A stretch of 64,000 nt of DNA from Escherichia coli (GCF_003334405.1 NZ_QOWM01000005.1); one strand, 5' to 3'; positions 26,884-42,002 are shown, counted from the stretch's first letter. Numbers and translations: made by a program. The notes: generated by a model from the letters alone, not told the origin.

Positions 26884-27132
26884 TTCATCCACAGCTTGTG
26901 AATAAAAATAAAAACGCATTGCAATTCAAGACGAATAAAATCGTCAAGTGATCGACTCGACAAAACGGAATCTTAATTTTTAACTTATCTATCAATAGGT
27001 TAAAAAAATACTATTCACCGTGCGAAGTTTCTTTGAAATTAAGATTACAGCCTGAGGCTGTGGATAACTCTGTTTACAAGAGTTTGTCAGAGACAACAAA
27101 AACCAGCAATAACGCATCGCGTCGCTGTGGAT

Positions 27133-27228
<96 letters not shown>

Positions 27229-27264
27229 TTGGGTGGTCTGTGCTTTGCAGCACTTTTCAAATTT

Positions 27265-27340
<76 letters not shown>

Positions 27341-27376
27341 TTGGGTGGTCTGTGCTTTGCAGCACTTTTCAAATTT

Positions 27377-27452
<76 letters not shown>

Positions 27453-27663
27453 GTACTACTTAATTTTGCTTTCGTAATTTTCGCATTTCTGCGTCGTTAC
27501 GGGAGGCGCATTATACGAGAAATCTTTCCCTCTGCAACCCCCCCAAAAAAGTTTTTTTTGCGTTTTTATCTCAAGTGCTGAAATTATCAGCAAGACGTTC
27601 AATTTAGCGTCAAAATCACGCCGCCGCAAGTGGATTCCGGCGCTTACGTGACCAGGAAAAATT

Positions 27664-28209
27664 TTACAGCTTGATAAAATGCTCGCGGTAGTAAGCCAGC
27701 TCCGCCACCGATTCACGGATATCATCCATCGCCTGATGCGTCCCCTGCTTGGTAAAACCATCCAGAATTTCCGGCTTCCAGCGGCGCGCCAGCTCTTTCA
27801 GGGTGCTGACATCGAGATAACGGTAGTGGAAGTAGGCTTCCAGCTCCGGCATGTATTTAAACAGGAAACGACGGTCCTGACCGATGCTGTTACCGCAAAT
27901 CGGCGATTTTCCCGCAGGCACCCACTGTTTTAAAAATTCGAGCGTTGCCAGTTCAGCTTCCCGATCGCCCATCGTGCTCGCTTTCACGCGCTCTACCAGC
28001 CCGCTGGCGGTATGGGTGCGCACGTTCCAGTCATCCATCAGCGCCAGCTGTTCATCAGACTGGTGTACTGCAATGGTCGGCCCTTCTGCCAGAATATTCA
28101 GGTTGGCATCGGTCACCAGCGTGGCAATCTCAATAATGCGATCGCGCTCGGGATCCAGACCGGTCATCTCAAGATCGATCCAAATCAGGTTGTTTTCATT
28201 GGCACTCAT
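27664..28209 (-). CDS. orn: oligoribonuclease (DEDDh exonuclease)
   Basis: ORF 27664..28353 trimmed to [23 protein letters not shown]... (181 aa). Confidence 0.95.
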
Positions 28210-28303
28210 GCTATTTTCCACCCATTCACAGTGACTATATTGATCCACAATTGCGTGTATCATAGATGTTTTGCCCATCAGGGGCGACCAGGAGTCTGTA
28301 CGA

Positions 28304-29356
28304 TTGAGTAAAAATAAACTCTCCAAAGGCCAGCAGCGCCGCGTGAACGCCAATCACCAGCGTCGTCTTAAAACGTCTAAGGAGAAGCCCGACTACGACG
28401 ACAATCTGTTTGGCGAGCCTGATGAAGGTATCGTCATCAGCCGCTTTGGTATGCACGCTGATGTGGAATCCGCCGATGGCGACGTTCACCGCTGCAATAT
28501 TCGCCGTACCATCCGTTCGCTGGTAACCGGCGACCGCGTAGTCTGGCGTCCGGGTAAACCGGCGGCGGAAGGCGTAAATGTCAAAGGGATCGTGGAAGCG
28601 GTGCATGAGCGTACCTCGGTGTTGACGCGTCCGGATTTCTACGACGGCGTAAAACCTATTGCCGCCAACATCGACCAGATTGTCATTGTCTCCGCCATTT
28701 TGCCGGAGCTGTCGCTCAATATTATCGACCGTTACCTGGTGGCCTGCGAAACCTTGCAGATTGAGCCGATTATTGTGCTCAACAAGATAGACCTGCTGGA
28801 CGACGAAGGCATGGCGTTCGTCAACGAGCAGATGGATATCTACCGCAATATCGGTTATCGCGTATTGATGGTTTCCAGCCATACTCAGGATGGGCTAAAA
28901 CCGCTGGAAGAGGCGTTGACCGGGCGCATCAGCATTTTTGCCGGGCAGTCTGGCGTCGGCAAATCCAGCCTGCTGAATGCGTTGCTGGGGCTGCAAAAAG
29001 AGATCCTGACCAACGATATCTCTGACAACTCGGGGCTCGGTCAGCACACCACGACCGCCGCTCGGCTGTATCACTTCCCGCACGGCGGTGATGTGATTGA
29101 CTCCCCAGGAGTGCGTGAGTTCGGCCTCTGGCACCTGGAGCCGGAACAAATCACTCAGGGCTTTGTCGAATTCCATGACTATTTAGGTCTGTGTAAATAT
29201 CGCGATTGCAAACACGATACCGATCCGGGCTGCGCTATCCGGGAAGCGGTTGAGGAAGGGAAAATCGCGGAAACCCGTTTCGAAAACTATCACCGTATTC
29301 TGGAAAGCATGGCGCAGGTAAAAACGCGTAAAAACTTTTCTGATACGGATGACTGA
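28304..29356 (+). CDS. rsgA: ribosome small-subunit biogenesis GTPase RsgA (YjeQ)
   Basis: ORF 28271..29356; [10 protein letters not shown]-loop and C-terminal zinc motif [14 protein letters not shown]; start set to the in-frame TTG giving 350 aa, with ATG 28271 as the alternative. Confidence 0.88.
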
Positions 29357-29452
29357 CAATTAAGCTAACCGTCGTTAGAATCGTCCCCTTTTTTTCAGGA
29401 TCCGGCATGTAGGCCGGATCAGGAACGACAAAACAATGGCCTGGAGGCTACC

Positions 29453-30421
29453 TTGTTAAATTCATTTAAACTTTCGCTACAGTACATTCTGCCGAAACTA
29501 TGGCTTACTCGCCTGGCGGGTTGGGGCGCAAGCAAGCGGGCAGGATGGCTGACAAAACTGGTTATCGATCTGTTCGTTAAATACTACAAGGTCGACATGA
29601 AAGAGGCGCAAAAGCCGGACACCGCCAGCTACCGCACCTTTAACGAATTCTTTGTCCGTCCGCTGCGTGACGAAGTACGCCCAATCGATACCGATCCGAA
29701 TGTACTGGTCATGCCTGCCGATGGCGTTATCAGCCAGTTGGGTAAAATCGAAGAAGATAAAATCCTGCAAGCCAAAGGCCACAACTACAGCCTCGAAGCC
29801 CTGCTGGCAGGCAACTATCTGATGGCGGACCTGTTCCGCAACGGTACGTTTGTGACCACTTACCTCTCCCCGCGTGACTACCACCGCGTACACATGCCGT
29901 GCAACGGTATTCTGCGTGAGATGATCTACGTGCCGGGCGATCTCTTCTCCGTTAACCATCTCACGGCTCAGAACGTGCCGAATCTGTTTGCCCGTAACGA
30001 ACGCGTGATTTGCCTTTTCGATACCGAATTTGGCCCAATGGCGCAGATTCTGGTCGGAGCGACGATTGTTGGCAGCATTGAGACGGTCTGGGCGGGCACC
30101 ATTACGCCGCCGCGCGAAGGTATCATCAAGCGCTGGACCTGGCCTGCCGGGGAAAACGACGGTTCTGTGGCACTGCTGAAAGGCCAGGAAATGGGTCGCT
30201 TTAAACTCGGTTCCACCGTTATCAACCTGTTTGCACCGGGTAAAGTGAATCTGGTTGAGCAACTGGAAAGCCTGTCTGTCACGAAAATTGGCCAGCCGCT
30301 GGCAGTATCTACCGAAACCTTTGTTACGCCAGACGCTGAACCTGCCCCGCTTCCTGCTGAAGAGATCGAAGCAGAACACGACGCCAGCCCATTGGTTGAC
30401 GACAAAAAAGACCAGGTCTAA
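29453..30421 (+). CDS. psd: phosphatidylserine decarboxylase proenzyme
   Basis: 322-aa [20 protein letters not shown]... with LGST self-cleavage motif; TTG start codon. Confidence 0.95.
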
Positions 30422-30442
30422 TCCATCAAAGGAAACGCTGAC

Positions 30443-33400
30443 GTGCGCCTGATTATCACTTTTCTGATGGCCTGGTGCCTCAGTTGGGGGGCGTACGCCG
30501 CGACGGCCCCCGATAGCAAACAAATCACTCAGGAACTGGAGCAGGCAAAAGCGGCGAAACCCGCACAGCCGGAAGTCGTAGAGGCGCTCCAGTCTGCCTT
30601 AAATGCGCTTGAGGAACGAAAAGGTTCCCTTGAGCGCATCAAACAATATCAGCAAGTTATCGATAATTATCCGAAACTCTCCGCTACTCTGCGCGCACAA
30701 TTAAACAACATGCGTGACGAGCCGCGCAGCGTGTCGCCGGGAATGTCTACCGACGCGCTGAATCAGGAAATTCTCCAGGTCAGCAGCCAGTTGCTGGATA
30801 AAAGCCGTCAGGCCCAGCAAGAGCAGGAGCGCGCCCGCGAGATTGCCGATTCGCTGAATCAACTGCCGCAACAGCAAACCGACGCCCGCCGTCAGTTAAA
30901 TGAGATCGAGCGCCGCCTGGGAACGCTTACCGGCAATACTCCGCTCAATCAGGCACAAAATTTCGCGTTGCAGTCTGACTCTGCACGTCTTAAGGCGCTC
31001 GTTGATGAACTGGAGCTGGCGCAGCTGTCTGCCAATAACCGCCAGGAATTAGCGCGCTTACGCTCAGAGCTGGCGGAAAAAGAGAGCCAGCAACTGGATG
31101 CGTATTTGCAGGCCTTGCGTAATCAATTAAACAGCCAACGTCAGCTTGAGGCGGAGCGGGCGCTGGAAAGTACCGAATTGCTGGCAGAAAACAGCGCCGA
31201 TTTGCCGAAAGATATCGTCGCGCAATTCAAAATTAACCGCGAACTATCGGCGGCTTTGAATCAACAGGCGCAGCGGATGGATCTCGTTGCCTCGCAACAG
31301 CGTCAGGCTGCCAGCCAGACGTTACAGGTCCGGCAGGCGTTGAATACGCTGCGTGAACAGTCGCAATGGCTGGGATCGTCCAATCTGCTCGGCGAAGCGC
31401 TGCGGGCGCAGGTGGCACGGCTGCCGGAAATGCCGAAACCACAACAGCTTGATACCGAAATGGCGCAGTTGCGTGTGCAACGGTTACGTTATGAGGATCT
31501 GCTTAATAAACAGCCGCTGCTACGGCAAATTCATCAGGCCGACGGTCAGCCGCTGACTGCCGAGCAAAACCGTATTCTGGAAGCACAACTGCGCACTCAG
31601 CGTGAGTTGCTGAACTCATTGTTGCAGGGTGGCGACACGCTACTATTGGAACTGACCAAGCTGAAAGTCTCCAACGGGCAACTGGAGGATGCGCTGAAAG
31701 AGGTGAACGAAGCAACGCACCGCTATCTGTTCTGGACCTCTGACGTGCGCCCGATGACCATCGCCTGGCCGCTGGAAATCGCCCAGGATCTGCGTCGTCT
31801 CATTTCGCTGGACACCTTCAGTCAGTTGGGCAAAGCCAGTGTGATGATGCTGACCAGCAAAGAGACAATTTTGCCGCTGTTTGGCGCGTTGATTCTGGTC
31901 GGTTGCAGTATTTACTCGCGCCGCTATTTCACCCGTTTTCTTGAACGTTCGGCGGCGAAAGTTGGCAAAGTGACTCAGGATCACTTCTGGCTGACGTTGC
32001 GCACTCTTTTCTGGTCGATTCTCGTCGCGTCACCGTTACCGGTGCTGTGGATGACGCTGGGTTACGGCTTGCGCGAGGCGTGGCCTTATCCGCTGGCGGT
32101 CGCGATTGGCGATGGTGTAACGGCCACCGTGCCGCTGCTGTGGGTAGTGATGATTTGCGCCACCTTTGCCCGCCCGAACGGCTTGTTTATCGCTCATTTT
32201 GGCTGGCCGCGCGAACGTGTTTCCCGTGGGATGCGCTACTACCTGATGAGCATCGGGCTTATTGTGCCGCTGATTATGGCGCTGATGATGTTCGATAACC
32301 TCGACGACCGTGAATTCTCCGGTTCGCTGGGACGGCTTTGCTTTATCCTCATTTGCGGTGCGCTGGCGGTGGTCACCCTCAGCCTGAAAAAGGCCGGGAT
32401 TCCGCTGTATCTCAACAAAGAGGGCAGCGGCGACAACATTACCAACCATATGCTGTGGAACATGATGATTGGCGCGCCGTTGGTTGCCATTCTGGCGTCG
32501 GCGGTGGGTTATCTGGCAACGGCACAGGCGCTGTTAGCGAGGCTTGAAACCTCGGTTGCCATCTGGTTCCTGCTACTGGTGGTTTATCACGTTATCCGCC
32601 GCTGGATGCTGATCCAGCGCCGCAGGCTGGCGTTTGATCGGGCGAAGCATCGCCGGGCAGAGATGTTAGCGCAACGTGCGCGTGGCGAAGAGGAAGCGCA
32701 TCATCACAGTAGCCCGGAAGGAGCAATTGAAGTCGATGAAAGCGAAGTCGATCTCGATGCCATCAGTGCGCAATCCTTGCGGCTGGTGCGCTCAATTTTG
32801 ATGTTGATCGCCCTGCTTTCTGTCATTGTGCTGTGGTCAGAAATCCATTCCGCTTTCGGCTTCCTCGAAAATATTTCGCTGTGGGATGTCACCTCCACGG
32901 TACAGGGCGTAGAAAGTCTGGAGCCAATTACCCTCGGTGCGGTGCTGATTGCCATTCTGGTGTTTATCATCACCACGCAGCTGGTGCGCAACTTGCCCGC
33001 GCTGCTGGAACTGGCGATTTTGCAGCACCTGGATTTAACGCCGGGTACGGGTTACGCCATCACCACCATCACCAAATATCTGCTGATGCTGATTGGCGGG
33101 CTGGTCGGCTTCTCAATGATTGGTATTGAGTGGTCGAAATTGCAGTGGCTGGTTGCCGCGCTCGGTGTTGGTCTCGGTTTTGGTTTGCAGGAAATTTTCG
33201 CCAACTTTATCTCTGGTCTGATTATCCTGTTCGAAAAACCGATTCGCATTGGCGATACGGTGACAATTCGCGATCTCACCGGTAGCGTGACGAAAATTAA
33301 CACCCGCGCCACCACCATCAGCGACTGGGACCGTAAAGAGATAATCGTGCCGAACAAGGCGTTTATTACCGAGCAGTTTATCAACTGGTCGCTCTCTGAC

Positions 33401-33766
33401 TCGGTCACGCGCGTGGTGTTGACGATACCGGCCCCTGCCGATGCCAATAGCGAAGAAGTGACGGAAATCCTGCTCACCGCAGCGCGTCGCTGCTCGCTGG
33501 TGATCGACAACCCGGCACCGGAAGTCTTCCTGGTGGATCTGCAACAGGGGATTCAGATTTTCGAGCTGCGTATTTACGCCGCTGAGATGGGTCACCGTAT
33601 GCCGCTACGCCATGAGATCCACCAGCTGATTCTGGCTGGCTTCCATGCCCACGGTATCGATATGCCATTCCCGCCCTTCCAGATGCGTCTGGAAAGCCTC
33701 AACGGTAAACAAACGGGGAGAACGCTGACGTCTGCGGGCAAAGGTCGTCAGGCGGGAAGTTTGTAA
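30443..33766 (+). CDS. mscM: miniconductance mechanosensitive channel MscM (YjeP)
   Basis: 1107-aa ORF, GTG start; periplasmic coiled-coil region, multiple TM helices and C-terminal MscS-like domain. Confidence 0.93.
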   Translation: MRLIITFLMAWCLSWGAYAATAPDSKQITQELEQAKAAKPAQPEVVEALQSALNALEERKGSLERIKQYQQVIDNYPKLSATLRAQLNNMRDEPRSVSPGMSTDALNQEILQVSSQLLDKSRQAQQEQERAREIADSLNQLPQQQTDARRQLNEIERRLGTLTGNTPLNQAQNFALQSDSARLKALVDELELAQLSANNRQELARLRSELAEKESQQLDAYLQALRNQLNSQRQLEAERALESTELLAENSADLPKDIVAQFKINRELSAALNQQAQRMDLVASQQRQAASQTLQVRQALNTLREQSQWLGSSNLLGEALRAQVARLPEMPKPQQLDTEMAQLRVQRLRYEDLLNKQPLLRQIHQADGQPLTAEQNRILEAQLRTQRELLNSLLQGGDTLLLELTKLKVSNGQLEDALKEVNEATHRYLFWTSDVRPMTIAWPLEIAQDLRRLISLDTFSQLGKASVMMLTSKETILPLFGALILVGCSIYSRRYFTRFLERSAAKVGKVTQDHFWLTLRTLFWSILVASPLPVLWMTLGYGLREAWPYPLAVAIGDGVTATVPLLWVVMICATFARPNGLFIAHFGWPRERVSRGMRYYLMSIGLIVPLIMALMMFDNLDDREFSGSLGRLCFILICGALAVVTLSLKKAGIPLYLNKEGSGDNITNHMLWNMMIGAPLVAILASAVGYLATAQALLARLETSVAIWFLLLVVYHVIRRWMLIQRRRLAFDRAKHRRAEMLAQRARGEEEAHHHSSPEGAIEVDESEVDLDAISAQSLRLVRSILMLIALLSVIVLWSEIHSAFGFLENISLWDVTSTVQGVESLEPITLGAVLIAILVFIITTQLVRNLPALLELAILQHLDLTPGTGYAITTITKYLLMLIGGLVGFSMIGIEWSKLQWLVAALGVGLGFGLQEIFANFISGLIILFEKPIRIGDTVTIRDLTGSVTKINTRATTISDWDRKEIIVPNKAFITEQFINWSLSDSVTRVVLTIPAPADANSEEVTEILLTAARRCSLVIDNPAPEVFLVDLQQGIQIFELRIYAAEMGHRMPLRHEIHQLILAGFHAHGIDMPFPPFQMRLESLNGKQTGRTLTSAGKGRQAGSL

Positions 33767-33794
33767 GTTTGTGTGCCGGATGAACCAATCCGGC

Positions 33795-34109
33795 TCACAA
33801 ACAAAACTGATAGCGCAGAAAAAACTGCCACAGCCAGTAGCCGAAAATAGCCAGCGCGGTGGCGTACATAAACCAGCCGCGTTTTTTTCGCCACAAAGCG
33901 AACCAGAGAAAAGGGAAAAAGAGCGGTAACGTCATTATCACACCAACATCACGGGTATCGTCTTCTTCGAGATACATCAACACATCGCAGACGTTGTTAA
34001 TCCCGCGTCCATCAATCATCCACTCTTTGTCCAGCGCGGAAGTGATGGTTATCCAGAGGAACGCCACAATAAACCAGATGCAGCATAAGACAAACATGCG
34101 CGCACTCAT
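33795..34109 (-). CDS. yjeO: inner-membrane protein YjeO
   Basis: 104-aa hydrophobic ORF; start overlaps the yjeN stop by 4 bp. Confidence 0.8.
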   Translation of the reverse strand: MSARMFVLCCIWFIVAFLWITITSALDKEWMIDGRGINNVCDVLMYLEEDDTRDVGVIMTLPLFFPFLWFALWRKKRGWFMYATALAIFGYWLWQFFLRYQFCL

Positions 34110-34420
34110 AAGGTAACCGGTCGCTTAATTTCGCTATAGCGCATACGAAACAAATCGCCGTATCCCACTAATTCCCCGCGAAAAACCAGACATCGGATAA
34201 GATAAGCGCAATAAATATCCGGCAGGTTTCCCCACCGTTTACCATCGCGATCTTTGAGGGTGTTAATGGTGCTACCCACCACCATCGCCACTTTACGGGT
34301 GTGGCAGGCATCGACAAAAGAGAGAATCGTCTGCTCTATTTCCGCTACATCCCCGGCAGAAAATTGCAGCGCCCTGATTTCATCTTCGGTTATTGCCGGG
34401 TCCCGGCTGGTGTCATCCAT
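34106..34420 (-). CDS. yjeN: uncharacterised protein YjeN
   Basis: 104-aa ORF translationally coupled to yjeO. Confidence 0.8.
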   Translation of the reverse strand: MDDTSRDPAITEDEIRALQFSAGDVAEIEQTILSFVDACHTRKVAMVVGSTINTLKDRDGKRWGNLPDIYCAYLIRCLVFRGELVGYGDLFRMRYSEIKRPVTL

Positions 34421-34471
34421 AACATTTCCTGTCTTTACGCCCTATCGTCAGGTAGACGATAGGGCATCGGG

Positions 34472-35974
34472 TTATTCCACCGCCCACTGCGGATTTTTTG
34501 CCACTCTGCTGCAATAGTTCTGGTAAATCGCCATCGCTAACAGCGAGAAGAAGACAGGGCCGCCAATCATCCACAATGTGCTGTCCCAGTCTCCGGCTTC
34601 AACCACAGGTTGAATGATGGTGAAGACGTTCGCAAATGTCACCACCAGTACGACAACCACTGTCGCAATCATTGCCGACAAATGCGTTTTGAAAATCACA
34701 AACGGTCTGTCGAGATCCTGACGTGCTTTAAAGAACGGGAAAGCCAGCGCGAGGAACAGGTAAGGAAGCGTCATAGACACGTTCGCCATCAGCGTCAGCT
34801 TGTTAAAGAACGCCGATGCGGTACCGCCACCAAACGAAACCAGCAGGATGAAGACAGTAACCAACCCGCACTGCATCCACATGGCGATAGACGGCATCCC
34901 CATCGCATTCAGGCGCGTCATCGGTTCCGGCCACAATGCTTTCGGCGTCCCCTGGATGATGGCTTTCAACGGTGAATAGCAAAGCGTAAAGAACGCACCG
35001 GTATAGGCGAGGAACATCGAAAGTCCAGTAATACGCGCAAACCATACGCCCAGCGACAATGACGCTTCAGGTGACAAATGCAGTGCATTACCCAGCGTCA
35101 TCCCAAGGCTCTTCATCAGCACATAGGTAATATTGCCGAGGTTAACGGAACCATTACTTAATACCTGCTGCCAGTTTGTGCTGACGCCCCATAAAAATAT
35201 TGCCAGCGAATAACCGATTGAAATAACAATAGCGGCAAAAACAATACCTTTGGCAAAGTTCTTTTCTGGATTTTCCGTTTTATCGACCAGACCACCAACC
35301 GCTTCAATTCCGCCATAGGCAAAAATGGCAAATACCACAAACGATAGCATTGCCAGACCGGACTGATAACCCGGGTTCGGTGATGCAAGGAAATTAATAT
35401 CCTGCGCGAAATGCCCACCATTTAATAACAAAATAGTAATGCTTACTAACAGCAATACTAAATTCAGACACATTACTGCAATACCGCCCACCGCAGTAAT
35501 GCGGGCAATTTTATTAATCCCCTTAGAAGCAACGACGGTGACCAGAATCATCCATGCCACAGCCAGCAGACCAACCACCTGCGTAGGCTCCAGTCCGGCA
35601 ATACGCCAGTGCTGGGTCATGTCGCTACCATAGAGGAATGTTGAGAACGGTACCCAAACTTTCGCGGAGGTACTCACCATCCAGATGATATAAGAGGAAA
35701 ACCACATAAACGTACCAATGAAGGCAAAACGTGGTCCGACACTATTATTCATCCAGGAATAGATACCGCCTTCTTCTTTGCGATAAGCAGCTCCCATTTC
35801 AGCCATCATTAAGGCGAATGGAATAAAGAATAACAATGCAGAAAATATATAAAAGGGAATCGCACTATAACCCATTAAGTAATAAGCCGATGGGCTATTG
35901 GCAAATCCAAATACGGAAGTAAAGATCATCAATATGAGTCCTATCAGACTCATCTTTTTTATCGTGTGAGGCAT
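34472..35974 (-). CDS. yjeM: APC-superfamily amino-acid transporter YjeM
   Basis: ORF 34472..36016 trimmed to MPHTIKKMSLIG... (500 aa); about 12 predicted TM helices. Confidence 0.88.
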   Translation of the reverse strand: MPHTIKKMSLIGLILMIFTSVFGFANSPSAYYLMGYSAIPFYIFSALLFFIPFALMMAEMGAAYRKEEGGIYSWMNNSVGPRFAFIGTFMWFSSYIIWMVSTSAKVWVPFSTFLYGSDMTQHWRIAGLEPTQVVGLLAVAWMILVTVVASKGINKIARITAVGGIAVMCLNLVLLLVSITILLLNGGHFAQDINFLASPNPGYQSGLAMLSFVVFAIFAYGGIEAVGGLVDKTENPEKNFAKGIVFAAIVISIGYSLAIFLWGVSTNWQQVLSNGSVNLGNITYVLMKSLGMTLGNALHLSPEASLSLGVWFARITGLSMFLAYTGAFFTLCYSPLKAIIQGTPKALWPEPMTRLNAMGMPSIAMWMQCGLVTVFILLVSFGGGTASAFFNKLTLMANVSMTLPYLFLALAFPFFKARQDLDRPFVIFKTHLSAMIATVVVVLVVTFANVFTIIQPVVEAGDWDSTLWMIGGPVFFSLLAMAIYQNYCSRVAKNPQWAVE

Positions 35975-36192
35975 GAAACCATCCTTCATTTCAGCGCGTG
36001 TATAACACGTGCCCACTGAACTGCACTGCGCAACATTGAGCAGGCAGCGTAAAAACCAATACAGAATTGATACCTGGATGATATCAAATATCCAGTCTTA
36101 AATTGTGGCCTTTAACGGAAAAATGAAAACATATGCTACAGAATGGCGCTTATCACGCCATTCTTCGCTGTTAATTCAGTAATTTTTCAGAA

Positions 36193-37170
36193 TTATGCCC
36201 GGTCAACGCTAAAGGCGATGACTTCAGCCAGTGTCTCCGCGCCCAGCGCCAACATCACCAGACGATCAACACCTAATGCCACGCCGGAACAGTCAGGCAT
36301 ACCGACTTTCAAGGCTTCAATCAGATTCTGGTCAATGGGGTGCTGCGGCAAACCGCGCGCCGCGCGCTTACGGTTATCTTGTTCAAAGCGTTGTTGCTGC
36401 TCACGGGCATCCGTCAATTCATGGAAACCATTCGCCAGCTCAATACCTTTATAATAAACCTCAAAGCGTTCAGCGACCCGATGATCTTCGGTACTGATTT
36501 GCGCCAGTGATGCCTGGCTGGCTGGAAAGTGGTACACAAAGGTCGGTTTTTCTTTGCCAATATTTGGCTCTACGCCAAAGGTAAACAGCAATTGTAGCAG
36601 CGTGTCGCGGTCTTCTTCGGTATCAGCAACATTGCTCAAATCCAGTTTCGCTGCGACTTCCCGCAGTTGCGTTTTGTCGGCAGAGAGCGGGTCAATTTCC
36701 AGATAACGCAAGAAAGCTTGTTGATAAGAAAGGCTTTCTGCTGCCGGGCAGTCCAGCACCTGTTGTAAGAGATCGTCCACCTCGTTCATCAACCGGTACA
36801 TATCATAGTGCGGTCGATACCACTCCAGCATAGTGAACTCAGGGTTGTGATAACGCCCCATCTCTTCATTACGGAAGCTGCGGCACAGCTGGAATACCGG
36901 CCCACAACCGGCAACCAGCAGGCGTTTCATATGGTATTCCGGGCTGGTCATTAACCAGAGATTCATCCCCTGCGAATGCCCGGGGCCAACGAAACGTGTC
37001 TCAAACGGGACCAAATGAATATCGGTTACCGTCGCCTGGCTCATACAAGGCGTCTCCACCTCCAGCACTCCACGATCGGCAAAGAAACGACGGATCTCCG
37101 CCATAATCGCCGCGCGTTTTAATAAGTTAGGAATGGATGCGCTCGGCTGCCAGGATGCCGTTTCGCTCAT
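36193..37170 (-). CDS. epmA: EF-P lysine-lysyltransferase EpmA (PoxA/YjeA), class II LysRS paralogue
   Basis: ORF 36193..37215 trimmed to [20 protein letters not shown]... (325 aa); class II aminoacyl-tRNA synthetase catalytic core. Confidence 0.93.
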   Translation of the reverse strand: MSETASWQPSASIPNLLKRAAIMAEIRRFFADRGVLEVETPCMSQATVTDIHLVPFETRFVGPGHSQGMNLWLMTSPEYHMKRLLVAGCGPVFQLCRSFRNEEMGRYHNPEFTMLEWYRPHYDMYRLMNEVDDLLQQVLDCPAAESLSYQQAFLRYLEIDPLSADKTQLREVAAKLDLSNVADTEEDRDTLLQLLFTFGVEPNIGKEKPTFVYHFPASQASLAQISTEDHRVAERFEVYYKGIELANGFHELTDAREQQQRFEQDNRKRAARGLPQHPIDQNLIEALKVGMPDCSGVALGVDRLVMLALGAETLAEVIAFSVDRA

Positions 37171-37348
37171 AGTTAAATCTCCAGTTTTTGACAAGGGCAC
37201 GAAGTCTACTCGCAACGCGACGGCGAGACAAATTTTACGCAGGAATCAAACAGCGGTGGGCAGTGACTAAAAAAAGCACGATCTGATGGTTTAGTAATTA
37301 AATTAATCATCTTCAGTGATAATTTAGCCCTCTTGCGCACTAAAAAAA

Positions 37349-37362
37349 TCGATCTCGTCAAA
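37349..37362 (+). promoter_or_regulatory. FNR-type site in the frdA promoter region
   Basis: TCGATctcgTCAAA matches the FNR consensus TTGAT-N4-ATCAA with one mismatch per half-site, about 135 bp upstream of the frdA start. Confidence 0.5.
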
Positions 37363-37494
37363 TTTCAGACTTATCCATCAGACTATACTGTTGTACCTAT
37401 AAAGGAGCAGTGGAATAGCGTTCGCAGACCGTAACTTTCAGGTACTTACCCTGAAGTACGTGGCTGTGGGATAAAAACAATCTGGAGGAATGTC

Positions 37495-39295
37495 GTGCAA
37501 ACCTTTCAAGCCGATCTTGCCATTGTAGGCGCCGGTGGCGCGGGATTACGTGCTGCAATTGCTGCCGCGCAGGCAAATCCGAATGCAAAAATCGCACTAA
37601 TCTCAAAAGTATACCCGATGCGTAGCCATACCGTTGCTGCAGAAGGGGGCTCCGCCGCTGTCGCGCAGGATCATGACAGCTTCGAATATCACTTTCACGA
37701 TACAGTAGCGGGTGGCGACTGGTTGTGTGAGCAGGATGTCGTGGATTATTTCGTCCACCACTGCCCAACCGAAATGACCCAACTGGAACTGTGGGGATGC
37801 CCATGGAGCCGTCGCCCGGATGGTAGCGTCAACGTACGTCGCTTCGGCGGCATGAAAATCGAGCGCACCTGGTTCGCCGCCGATAAGACCGGCTTCCATA
37901 TGCTGCACACGCTGTTCCAGACCTCTCTGCAATTCCCGCAGATCCAGCGTTTTGACGAACATTTCGTGCTGGATATTCTGGTTGATGATGGTCATGTTCG
38001 CGGCCTGGTAGCAATGAACATGATGGAAGGCACGCTGGTGCAGATCCGTGCTAACGCGGTCGTTATGGCTACTGGCGGTGCGGGTCGCGTTTATCGTTAC
38101 AACACCAACGGCGGCATCGTTACCGGTGACGGTATGGGTATGGCGCTAAGCCACGGCGTTCCGCTGCGTGACATGGAATTCGTTCAGTATCACCCAACCG
38201 GTCTGCCAGGTTCCGGTATCCTGATGACCGAAGGTTGCCGCGGTGAAGGCGGTATTCTGGTCAACAAAAATGGCTACCGTTATCTGCAAGATTACGGCAT
38301 GGGCCCGGAAACTCCGCTGGGCGAGCCGAAAAACAAATATATGGAACTGGGTCCACGCGACAAAGTCTCTCAGGCCTTCTGGCACGAATGGCGTAAAGGC
38401 AACACCATCTCCACGCCGCGTGGCGATGTGGTTTATCTCGACTTGCGTCACCTCGGCGAGAAAAAACTGCATGAACGTCTGCCGTTCATCTGCGAACTGG
38501 CGAAAGCGTACGTTGGCGTCGATCCGGTTAAAGAACCGATTCCGGTACGTCCGACCGCACACTACACCATGGGCGGTATCGAAACCGATCAGAACTGTGA
38601 AACCCGCATTAAAGGTCTGTTCGCCGTGGGTGAATGTTCCTCTGTTGGTCTGCACGGTGCAAACCGTCTGGGTTCTAACTCCCTGGCGGAACTGGTGGTC
38701 TTCGGCCGTCTGGCCGGTGAACAAGCGACAGAGCGTGCAGCAACTGCCGGTAATGGCAACGAAGCGGCAATTGAAGCGCAGGCAGCTGGCGTTGAACAAC
38801 GTCTGAAAGATCTGGTTAACCAGGATGGCGGCGAAAACTGGGCGAAGATCCGCGACGAAATGGGCCTGGCTATGGAAGAAGGCTGCGGTATCTACCGTAC
38901 GCCGGAACTGATGCAGAAAACCATCGACAAGCTGGCAGAGCTGCAGGAACGCTTCAAGCGCGTGCGCATCACCGACACTTCCAGCGTGTTCAACACCGAC
39001 CTGCTCTACACCATTGAACTGGGCCACGGTCTGAACGTTGCTGAATGTATGGCGCACTCCGCAATGGCACGTAAAGAGTCCCGCGGCGCGCACCAGCGTC
39101 TGGACGAAGGTTGCACCGAGCGTGACGACGTCAACTTCCTCAAACACACCCTCGCCTTCCGCGATGCTGATGGCACGACTCGCCTGGAGTACAGCGACGT
39201 GAAGATTACTACGCTGCCGCCAGCTAAACGCGTTTACGGTGGCGAAGCGGATGCAGCCGATAAGGCGGAAGCAGCCAATAAGAAGGAGAAGGCGA

Positions 39296-39303
<8 letters not shown>
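37495..39303 (+). CDS. frdA: fumarate reductase flavoprotein subunit
   Basis: 602-aa ORF, GTG start; FAD-binding [13 protein letters not shown] and HYTMGG motifs. Confidence 0.97.
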
Positions 39304-40436
<1,133 letters not shown>

Positions 40437-40446
40437 GGAGCCTGAG

Positions 40447-42002
<1,556 letters not shown>

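Noticed and set aside
28271-28303. Upstream ATG start for rsgA giving a 361-aa protein
   Set aside because: The expected protein length of 350 aa corresponds to the in-frame TTG at 28304; the upstream ATG would add 11 residues that I do not recall in the protein. Retained as the alternative start.
36123-36182. 19-codon ORF (MKTYATEWRLSRHSSLLIQ) in the yjeM-epmA intergenic region
   Set aside because: Weak ribosome-binding site and no supporting evidence; it could be a genuine small protein but I cannot substantiate it from sequence alone.
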